Below are positions 38,242 through 48,409 of a stretch of 64,000 nucleotides of DNA, piece by piece. Source of the stretch: Marsupella aquatica (lineage: Eukaryota; Plantae; Marchantiophyta); the NCBI GenBank assembly GCA_973895155.1, contig OZ316893.1, positions 8,929,839 through 8,993,838 of the forward strand. Direction: 5' to 3'. How positions within the stretch are numbered: the first letter of the stretch is position 1; each line of letters begins with the position of its first letter. A model generated the notes under the pieces. The model saw only the letters and a program-made list of their open reading frames with translations. It searched no databases and was not told the DNA's origin. The position numbers and the translations under genes were made by a program.

Positions 38242-38545
38242 TCGGTCACCGAATTGATATGTAGACGCAAAATACAGTCACCGATTTCAAGTCGCTAAAA
38301 ACATCTAACTTTGTCACTATGAAAAGATATGTGAAAGCAACAGAGCACCAAGACTGAGTAGAGTACAACCATTTGACTATTCGAACGATTGTGTACAGGT
38401 ATGAGGATTATAGACCGGCAATATGCTAACTATGTACACACAGCAATAGCGGAAATTATGATGAAAGACGAGAAAACATCGGACTTAGGTACCCATCCTT
38501 CTACAAAATCATTCTCAATTTATTGTCAAAGTTCACCCTTTTATA

Positions 38546-38800
38546 TCCTCTCCTTTCTGAATTCCAATTCGAGGTTGGACATCCTCTCGTCAGCTGGTCT
38601 CCACCCTTTTAGCTGCTCTTCACGCGAACCAAAGGCAACGCCTCTGGATTCCTCAAATACTATGAATGATGCATTGAAATGAAACAGGTTCGTGAATTCT
38701 AAAGGCTGTCATCTCGGTTCGTGTGAAGAGCAGCTGAAATGGTGGAGACCAGCTGACAAGAGGATGTCCAAACTCGAATTGGAATTCGGAAAGGAGAGGA
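38546..38800. repeat. Long inverted repeat (85-bp arms 38546-38630 / 38716-38800), foldback
   Basis: Arms are reverse complements with 6 differences by eye; further imperfect pairing continues toward the loop. Confidence 0.9.
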
Positions 38801-38828
38801 GAGGCAGGTGCAATTGTGCAAATTAATG

Positions 38829-39620
38829 CCATAGGCCGTAGCAGCCGTACTCCAATAATTGGTCAGTTCATTTCACTATCAGAAGATTGATTCACGCAAC
38901 GGAGCACCGACATATTCAATAATAATAAAGTTGGGAGGACCTGAAAATTTGACCTGAGAGTGCCGTTGCTTGAATAAACCTTCTCATAATGAAATAAACT
39001 ATGTTCAAGTTCTAATCAGGACCCATTTTTGGGGTAGGCAAATGTATTGGCATTGGCCTCGGTTCCCATGCAAATGAATGTCATTGGCCGTAGCAGCTGC
39101 GCTACTTGAAGTTGAGCATAGTTTATTTGACTATGAGACAATTTATGAAAGCATCGGATCGATGACATACTCAGTAATTTTCTGGTCGAAGGACCTAAAA
39201 ATTTAACCTGAGAGTGCCGTTGCTTTCATAAACGTTCTCATAATGAAATAAACTCTGTTCAACTTCAAGTTGTAATGAGTGCCCATTTTTGGGGTGGGAA
39301 AAGGAGTACGCGTTGGCCTTGGTTTGCATGCGCATGAATGTCATTGGCCGTAGCAGCTGCGCTACTTGAAGTTGAACAGAGTTTATTTGAGTACGAGAGA
39401 AGTTGTGAAACCAACGGATCGACGACATACTCAATAATTTTCTGGTCGAAGGACCTGAAAATTTGTCCTGAGAGTGCATTTGCTTTCAGAACTTCTCTTG
39501 TACTCAAATAAACTCCGTTCAACTTCAAGTTGTAATGAGAGCCCATTTTTGTGGTGGGCAAAGGAGTAGGCGTTGGCCTCAGTTTGCATGCGCATGAATG
39601 TCATTGGCCGTAGCAGCAAT
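38829..39620. repeat. ~255-260-bp tandem units, related to 28554-28920
   Basis: ggacct(g/a)aaaattt..cctgagagtgc starts at 38937, 39191 and 39451; a diverged copy is at ~28672. Confidence 0.85.
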
Positions 39621-40432
39621 AGCGGAAAAAATGATGAAAGACAGGAAAAGTGAGTGGACTTAGGTATACATCCTTCTACAAAATCATTCTCAACTTGGGC
39701 GGCTAAAACCATTGCGATGTTGACTTTGTTGAACTCATTGTGCTACACGATCTTCTTTTGGAAATGATTTCAGAGAAGGATCAGTACCTGAGTCCACTGT
39801 GCTACCGTCTCTCATCACGTCTATTTACAACCATCAAATTACGACCATCAAATTGGTCTCGAAGCTCCGTTTCTTTCACAAACCTTCTCATGTAGGCAAA
39901 TTTCTGTGAGTTTACTTTGTAATTATGCCCGCGACCGGTGTACATAACCTAAGGCGCTGACATACCTGTAAACATCTATACTGAACAACATTCCCACTCT
40001 TTCAATCATTAGAATCCTAATTTGTTACGGTGCCATTTTGTGTGTCCAAAAATATGATTGTGAGCCCAACAATATGCTTCCAAAACCTATGGCTGATTGG
40101 AGGATGGAGTATTCTTACGAAAATACACATTCTCCAAAAGGCGACGCCATGCCCCCAATGAAAAATATATGTACTCAATGGGATATGCAATGTAATGTCA
40201 CTCCAAAATCTCTTTACCAATTACAAGTTGAAAATAATTGTCAAAGAGGATATGCCGCTTCTATTTTAACAAAAGGTCTCTAATAGTAAGTGCATGAAAA
40301 TAACATCAAAATGTAGAGACTATTGGTTTCAGTTCCTTTTGTTGTTGTTGTCGTCGATGGCTTTTGTTTTCACCTCTGCCTGTTGTTGACATCGTCGATG
40401 GCGCCGAATGGATCGTTGCAAATTTTGCTCAT

Positions 40433-42281
40433 CTATTGATGGTTGGTTGGCTGCCGCATATTGTTTCCACTCATAAAGTCGACCACTGAATAACAATCTG
40501 TCAAATTCTCCATCTGACAAATTATATTCATTGATTGTGAAATGTTCAATGGAGTTTCATCTATTTGCATCGCAAGTATAGTCTCTTTAGTCATTTCTTC
40601 AGTGTTTTGTTGAGTCTCCATTGATGTCATTTGCTTCAACAACCCTCGTTGCTCATACTCGCGTTCATGAAATGGTGTGCGACACCAATATTTTTGGCTT
40701 TTCTTCAACTATTTAGACAAGCAAGCATGATGCCATATATGACCGCATGTTCCCAACATGGAAACAGATTCAGGGCCCCAAGGATATAGGCACCAAGTAC
40801 ACTTGTCGTCTTTTTCACAAACAAATGCTGCCATAGTTTCATCCTTTTTTCACTTATAAAAAAACCTCTCAATACCTCCTGCGTCAACCTCCACATCTGG
40901 GAAAAGATTGCTGTGCCCTGTAGGATCTATGATTTGCATGTGAACAAAATTTGGCGATGATAATTCTCCTTCCCCTTTGTTTGACCCCATCCCCAAAGCA
41001 CCATTGTTAAATTCTTGCACCTCTTCATGAAGATTTGATATGATGACTGCTTGCATTGTAAGTTCACTTTTAAGATCATTAATGATCTTGTCCTTCTCCT
41101 CAAGTTGTGCCAGTTCATTGCATTGAAGTTCTTTTTCAGCAAGTTGTTTTGTCAACTTATTGATTTCTTCCATCTTGTCAAACAATTGACACTTGTACAA
41201 CATCACTTCAAAATTGGTCGTCGGCTCGGTCTGCTTCTTCTCTAGTGATCTCATCTTTAAATCAGCTTGTTGCAATTGCGACTTAAACTTTTTGATGCTG
41301 CCACATTCACATAGCTCCACTACATACTTCGTGCGGAGATTTGTCTCAATCACCTCAACAACATCTGCCCCCAAGCTCTTGCATATGTTGTGCAGGTTGA
41401 ACTTATCCTTGTTAGCATCAGTAACATTGTTGTTCTTTGCATGTGGAGTTCTACTCCCAACACCTACAAGAATTGGTTTTTTGGTGTGCGTGGACTCCAC
41501 ATTGGTTGGTGGTGCTGCACAGTCAGGCATGGAGACTCGGGGAAGTACAGCCGCTTTCCCCTTCTCATGCGCATAATTATCCCTCCCCAGTCTCATCTAG
41601 CTTTCTTTTGGATCCCTTTTTGGAAGTCTCCATGGAAGGGTCCTTTGCAATAATTGTATTCCTATTCGTTGCAATCGCAACCACTGATGGATGCACCTGA
41701 TGAGTCAGCTTGCCAACAATGTTTTCCCAATGATAATCCACCTTCCACTTGAGAATAAATTCAACAATCAGACATCGGATAAAAGGAGGATAAACGGAAC
41801 TCATTTTCGTTTGGGCTTTGTGTGGAGCAAACTCTTGATATCGTTGCTGCCAATGTGATTTAACACCTGCATGTGTTACTTTGGACATGGTAAAATTTTT
41901 TTGCGCCCATGATCTTGTTGCCCAAAGATCCGGATCGTGAAAAACTTTTTGTGCTAATGGCCAAAAGTCTTTCTTTGGCATCAACATCTCCAATTCCTTT
42001 GCATTCATAGGCCATTCGTCATGGGGAGGATTTACATTAGGCGTTAATATACTCCATTCATCCTTCATACCCTCATCTTCCCATCTTCTTGTGTTTGGCG
42101 CCGGTGTTCCATCAACCTTGGGTTTAGCCTCATAGTGAATGCCAATGGTTGTAAGATTATCCAACACAGTATTACGAAGAGCTTCATCGTCACAATAGGA
42201 TCCTTGACCATCTTGCATGGTAGGATGTTGTGTTGTGAACTCTTTGTCTTCATCATCAGAAGACAATTCCCATCGTACCAT
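40433..42281 (-). pseudogene. Cargo gene: unknown N-domain + coiled coil + RING-H2 finger (putative E3 ligase), disrupted
   Basis: ORFs 41577-42332 and 40850-41596 join by a frameshift. Reading through stops in the second frame gives CTWCLYPWGPESVSMLGTCGHIWHHACLSK*LKKSQKYWCRTPF (40670-40801), continuing to 40433. Heptad-rich region INKLTKQLAEKELQCNEL. Confidence 0.75.
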
Positions 42282-42515
42282 GTTTGCGATGTGTACAAAA
42301 GGTCTACGATATTTGACAATGTACAAACACATTTAGCACAATTTTGGGCATTCATGACAAAGTTTGATAGAATATTATGAACAAAATACAGAACATTGTA
42401 ATTGACATACAATGAATAAATATATAATCCTTAAGGTGACCTTTACAAAACTATGTAAACCCTAATCTCTAAGATATGGACTGTTGTGCAAATGCAATGT
42501 GCAATCTGGAAACGT

Positions 42516-44049
42516 TCAAACTATCTTCAAACTCCAAAAAGCACAATCCATTCTTTTCTTCGCATCCGTGGCCATCATTTCACAAATTATGACATCCAAT
42601 TTGGGGCCATGCACTTGTGCACTCCAACCCCTTCCCAAAAACCGTGAACTCTTAGACATTCCATCCCAATTCTCTGTCAACAATGTCTCAAAAATATTCC
42701 CCAAAGCATATATATTGGTATTTTTGTTAAACTCTATAGGGGTAGGTTGAACAAGCTCCGGAGCCAACTGTGGAAATTGTTTTTGGTATGCTGCTGCTAT
42801 TTCTGTTGCTGTGGGCCACATCCGATTACCTGGTGATTTGCACTGTGATTTATGCTTAGACAAGCCAAAATCACATAAACCAACATACACCTTAATAGCC
42901 ACATCGTGCTCGTGATCAAAATGAAGAAGGATGTTTCCAAAGTGAAGATCACAATGAAATCGATCATGCTCATGCAAGTATTGCAGTGTCTCCAGCAAAG
43001 CCAAGACGATTCCCAAATGGTTCTCCAACAAGAGTTTCTTCTCCGAAATGAACTTGAAATCAAGGTTCGTCGTGATCTGTGCCTTCCCCTTGCTCTTTGA
43101 CGATATGCCGCACTTATCAATAAAGCTACCAAAATCACCTCCATTGTAGTGATCATAAATAAGTTTTGGCGGATCCTCAATAGTCAACGCAAGAGCTCCA
43201 ACGATTCCCTTATGATTCAGTCCTCCCATAAGCACTTCTTGTAATGCGTCAGTTCATCTCTTATGCTTGTCTCCATCCTTGAACCGTTTTGCGACTAAGA
43301 TCACGTTGACGGGAGTGAGAGGACAATCTAATATACGACAAGTGTATACCTCTCCTTGGATTCCTTTCCCAATGCGACGTGTGTTGTGCACCTGCTCACG
43401 TTTAAGAAAATAGATACTCCTAACCTCTGGAACTACACGCGATGGACGTGTTCCTTTTCAAGCACTTTTGATGCTGAGATCCCCAAAGTGCACAATCTCG
43501 TTATCATATTTGACATTGCTATCAGATTTCGCCATTGCCAACTCTTTACTCCACTTCACTAGCAATTCTCTCTTGTGTGTGTGTACATCCCGGGGTTTCC
43601 CAAACTTGGAGAAGCATGTTTCCCGGTTTCTCAGTTTCATCTTCAAATGACTTTATTTGCTCTCGTGTGAAATTATCCTCCTTCTGTACGCTTTCCCGCA
43701 TACAACGGGTTATCTCACCAAGAAAGTTCTTGTATCCTTTCTGTCTGTGTCTTGTGAACTCCCTCTCGAACCCGTCCACCCCATACTGTTTTGGTTGAGT
43801 GTAGCGATAAAGTATCTCTTTCCATATCGACACTACCACATTGTGTCAAACCTGTTTTGCCTCTTTGTTTGCCCCCTTCCATTTTTGTTTCTCGGCCATT
43901 TTGCTAGGATTCCTAGCATGTTCGAGAGTATTTCGAGCATTCTTCAATGCGTCTAGAGCAACAAGATTCGGCTCATATCCCTCATTCACATGTTTTGTGA
44001 TCGTCTCCAACACTTGCCTATACTCTAAACTAAAATTATTGATGGCCAT
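42516..44049 (-). pseudogene. Cargo gene: protein kinase with a ~220-aa N-terminal region, disrupted
   Basis: Manual translation: IGKGIQGEVY, LVAKRF, ALQE, HCDLHFGNILL, CDFGLSK, LAPELV, NIYALG. Several premature stops and one frameshift near 43600. Confidence 0.85.
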
Positions 44050-44255
44050 GTTTTCCCTTCACAAAAGGAATATGTGAGGGAGGAACAAACTCTTACCGGG
44101 ATTTAAATAAAATCCTTCCAATAAGGTTTCAACGGCCAGCCTGAAAATTACAAGTCGTATTGTTATTATCTCTTCCCGGTTTGTTTCTCCCATGCATTAT
44201 GTATTTTTATTGCACACATGATTTTAATTACCTTTAAATATAACAACAATAAAAG

Positions 44256-44617
44256 AGAAAGACAACAGTTGTGAAATATCGCAGACCGAGCGGACGCTCA
44301 AAGCATGCGCACAAAAGTTCTTTTCTTTCAAAGTTGTTATATTCCTGCTTTGACATATGTGATTTGGTGTCTATAATTTAACACTCATTTGTAATTCAAG
44401 TAAAAATATTCTCGGCGAATCGTGGTATCCATGCAAAGTATCGCAGACCGAGCCGAAACTCTAAGCATGCGTACATGGATTCCTCTATCTCTGCAAATGT
44501 TTTACTTAATGAACAAAGGAGACTTAATTGTTAAGGTGATATTAAGAAATTATTGTACGGAGTATCACAAACCAAACCGAGGCTCAAAGCGTGCACGTAC
44601 AAGTGTTTCTTTATATC
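44256..44617 (-). ncRNA. Array of three predicted structured RNA hairpin motifs upstream of the cargo genes (44269-44314, 44424-44483, 44538-44617)
   Basis: Same consensus as 24292-24647, on the - strand; e.g. ggaauccaugua cgca ugcuua gagu uucg gcuc gguc ugcg auacuu ugcauggauacc. Confidence 0.65.
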
Positions 44618-44659
44618 CCTCTATTTGGCTCTAAGGTTAGGGTTTAAAACACAAAGAAA

Positions 44660-45075
44660 ACTTCAAAAACCACAAAACAAAACACAAACAAACAAAAACA
44701 AACCAAAAACCAAAACCAAAAACCAAAACCAAACACTTACCTCCTCCTCCTCCTCCTCCTCCTCCTCTCCTCCTCTTCTGCAAAACCAAAAATGAGGAGG
44801 GGAGGAGGGATCTCCTCCTTTTATCCTCTCCCGAGCACCCTCTCGAGCCTTTCCCGGCCGGCCTCCTCCTCCAACCCTAAACCGTGAAACCCTAATCCTC
44901 CGAGCCTCCCATCCCAAACCCCAAACCGGACCCCGAACCCCAAACCCCAAACCGGACCCCCACCCGAACCCCACCCGGACCCCACCCCGAGCGCCTCCGC
45001 CCTAGACCCGGACCCGATTAGTCATCCGGACCCCCACCTGAACCTCCTCCCGAACCCGGCCTCCCGAACCCGAAC
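44660..45075. repeat. Right subterminal array: (A/C)-rich tract, (CCT)n, CCCTAA and CCCGAACCC/CCGGACCC units
   Basis: Mirror image of the left G-rich array. Confidence 0.8.
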
Positions 45076-46106
45076 CGCGGCCGAACGTTTCCTTTCCCGG
45101 ACTGCTTCCAAACCCGGGTGCCGGGTTGCCAATTTGCCGCTCAAAAACGCCCAGTTTGACGGGCAAGGTTAAACCGGGTTCCCAAGAGAGAAATGAATAG
45201 TTGTACCCCACTGGAGGAGGGCCTTTGAGAGAAAGAGAGGAGGGAGGGGAATGAAGGGATAGAAATAAAGGAAATATGAAATAAACTGCAATTAGATGGA
45301 CCGTTTTTCCAATTTTGGGGTTTATTATTTTTATTTGTTTAATCTTTATGAGAGATCCCAAAATTTGTTATTCCAACTAAACTTCCAACTTTTTACTTAG
45401 AAATACTTTTTCAATGAAGGCCAATGAGACCAAGCTCCAAACAATTTTTCTCCCCAAGACCTGGTTTGCTTGACATGTCTTGGCATCTCGATTAGTCTTA
45501 TTCTGGCTTATGCCCATATTATTTTCCTAGCCGGGCGCTCAGCACGCTCTTTGCCCCCATTTGCACCTTTTGCCGCCCACATTTGTTCCATCTTTCATAA
45601 AATTGACAATGAAGAGCTCTTGCCAAACTCTTGCCCATACTCTAAATACCCATCTGAGTCTTTTGCCCCCTACTTTGTGTTCACTTGAATTTCACAATTT
45701 GATTGCATAAAATTATGTGCAATTTGAACAAGATATGCGCAATGATAACACTTTTCACAATAAAATGAGCAACAATAAATGATGACCATTTGTCAAAATC
45801 CAACTGCCTTTTTCCAAACAGTTTGATCCACCCAAAAAACCTGTTAATCCCCTCATCCCTGCCCTTCTTGCATTCCCTATACACCTTGGCTCACCATTTG
45901 CACCTCCACCCTCCTTAATGCACTCTCCATGCCAAAGCCCCATTGTCTTCGTGGTGAGCTGGAGACAAGGGTGGTGACAGCAAAGGGTGGGGCAAGGGAG
46001 CGACAGGGTGCGAGGGGGGGGGGATGAAAAGATGAAAAGGGGGAGGGAAATGAAAAAAGAAGTTATCCTATAAGACTAACCATGGACTTGAACCCTCCCC
46101 AACATC

Positions 46107-46450
46107 CTTGGGGGGATCACTTCCATAGAAGTGGCACATCACGTGCGACAAAGGATAGGCCCATATAAATGGGTGTGGCGGAAGACTTCCTAAGTTTGGT
46201 GGAAGAACACATAGGGCATGTTTTATTGACTGGTCAACTTTAAATAACACATAGGCCTATTTAATTGTAAAAAACATTTCTCTAAAGTTTTTAGAGGTTT
46301 TTTTAGTAAAAAATGACAAAATTTAAAGAAAGAAAGGATTTTGCATAAAAATATTTTTCACTTAATATAAGTTGGGGGGTCAAACCCTAAAACATCGCAC
46401 GCAATATATGGCCCTCCATATAGTGACACACCCCCCCCCCCCCCCCCAAG
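46107..46450 (-). mobile_element. hAT-type MITE related to family A, 344 bp
   Basis: TIR cttgggggg / ccccccaag; perfect TSD CCAACATC. The first ~50 bp are the reverse complement of the family A 3' end. Confidence 0.85.
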
Positions 46451-46745
46451 CCAACATCATGTTTATAGCAACAATATCAATCAAATTAACAACATTGTGG
46501 CAACAAGAACCAATCAAAATGATTACACCCTCCCAACTATTAATAGTGTCACTGCATAGTTATAGCCAAAACAACAACACTTCCTTATCATGCATGCCCA
46601 TTTACCTTACCTCAATGTTTTTGTGCAATGCCTGAGTATTGGGTTTGGCAACTACAACATGGTTGCAATGATAACATGCCTAAACTTACAACTACCTTGC
46701 AAAGTGCCAGATACAATCATCTTTCAAGATCACGCATTATATGCC

Positions 46746-46947
46746 CCCTAGGCCCTCACTCCGTGTAAAAGAAGTGGACCCCCTGCGATCGGGCCATTTT
46801 CCTGTTTACCCCTTGTTATTTCCATTTTACTATTACAAGTTCCCTTATTACCGGTAATAATTATAATTATTAGTTCAAAATTAATAAAAACTACTCTTCA
46901 AGCATTTGCACGTCCTCCACATATTAGTTAAGACTGAGGGCCCAGGG
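46746..46947. mobile_element. hAT-type MITE (family B), 202 bp
   Basis: TIR ccctaggccctca / tgagggcccaggg; perfect TSD TATATGCC. Confidence 0.88.
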
Positions 46948-46959
46948 TATATGCCTCAA

Positions 46960-47669
46960 CAATTACATTGCAAAACTTATATTTCTTGACTCGCCTTGAC
47001 ATCTTTTCTCCCCTCTTTTCTCCCAAATTTACTAATCTTTACATATTTGTGTCTTCTCAACATTTTTTCCCTACCTTGATATTTTTTTCTCTTTCCCACC
47101 ATCTTTTTCTCACCTTGATAACTTTGATCTCACCACAACATTTTTTTCTCAACCTCAAAAAAAATATGTCCTCGACATATTTTTCTCTCCTCAAAACCTT
47201 TTCTCACCTTGACATCTTATCTTTTTGTCATCTTGCCATCTTTTTCTCATATTCACATCTTTATTTCACCACAATATATTTCCCTCACCTCAACATCTTT
47301 TTCTCACCTCACCATCTTTTCTCTTGTTGACAGTCATCATTTTCTCACCTTGACATCTTTTCTCCCCTCGACATCTTTTCCTCATATTTACATCTTTTTC
47401 TCACCTCGCCATCTTTTCTCTTGTTGACAGTCATCATTTTCTCACCTTGATATCTTTTCTCTCCTCAACATCTCTTATCACCTTGACATCTTTCATCACT
47501 TCAACATCTTTTGTTCACCTTGACATATTTTGCTCACCTCGATATCTTTTATCACCTTGACATATTTTTATATCACCTCGACATCTTTTATCACCTCGAC
47601 ATCTTTTCTCTCCTCAGACATCTTTTATCACCTCAATGTCTTTTGTGCAATGCATGGGCATAGGGCTAG
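46960..47669 (+). mobile_element. Non-autonomous Helitron-like 3' portion with tcaccttgacatcttt repeats; 5' limit uncertain
   Basis: Ends gtgcaatgcatgggcatagggCTAG|T, resembling canonical plant Helitron 3' termini. Confidence 0.55.
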
Positions 47670-48409
47670 TATATTATATATTAATAGGTGGCATATTTTC
47701 ATTGAATGCTCTCTTGTCTTTACAATATGTGAACAATTCTCCACTTTATTTTGACAATACATAGTTACTAAGTCCATTTTGGGCCCCATTCACAACTACA
47801 AAACTAAAGTTTAGCTAATAAGTTTGGTGTTGAATGTTAATAGTCTAGTATAGTTACCTATACCTTGTTTTCACATTTTCATGAATTTATGTACACTTGC
47901 TTGTGTTATACTATTTAGTTTACAGTCGTGGAACTCCACTACCTTAACACTTAGCTCCAGCGTCGTTGACTCCGACGCCGAGCTCCCTTATGGTCTAGGC
48001 CCGGATAGGCCATCCGGGGAGGACTTAGTATGGGGAGACTTGAGGGAAATGGGACGTGGCACTAGCAAGGCAAGGCGCCAAGCTGGTGACACACACTAAG
48101 GACTTAGACTAGCTGAGAGCTGGTCGGGTCAAGGGGAAAAGGGTCGGGCTCAAGGTCAACCTTTCGGACCCCCAAATGAACTTTGAATTCTGAGGGCTTG
48201 AGTGAGAGCTCCTCTTTGGCCCAAGGCCAATGGAGTTGACGTCATGGGCAACGGACGCTTGGGGCGCAAGTTATGACCCGATCCAGGTTTGGCCAATTGG
48301 GGGCCTTGGGCGGCGATGAGATCTGAGGGCCTAGGCATGAACACTGTGTCGGCCCAATCACAATGGGCTAAGGCACTCCGCTTGCGGATGCCTAACTAGA
48401 AAGTTATGG

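Larger units (their letters stand above)
23497..45178 (+). mobile_element. Giant cargo-carrying hAT-type DNA transposon (21,682 bp including nested insertions)
   Basis: Perfect 10-bp TIRs CCCGGTTTAA (23497-23506) / TTAAACCGGG (45169-45178). Perfect 8-bp TSD TTCCCAAG (23489-23496, 45179-45186). Mirrored GC-rich subterminal regions and an internal hAT transposase. Confidence 0.9.
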
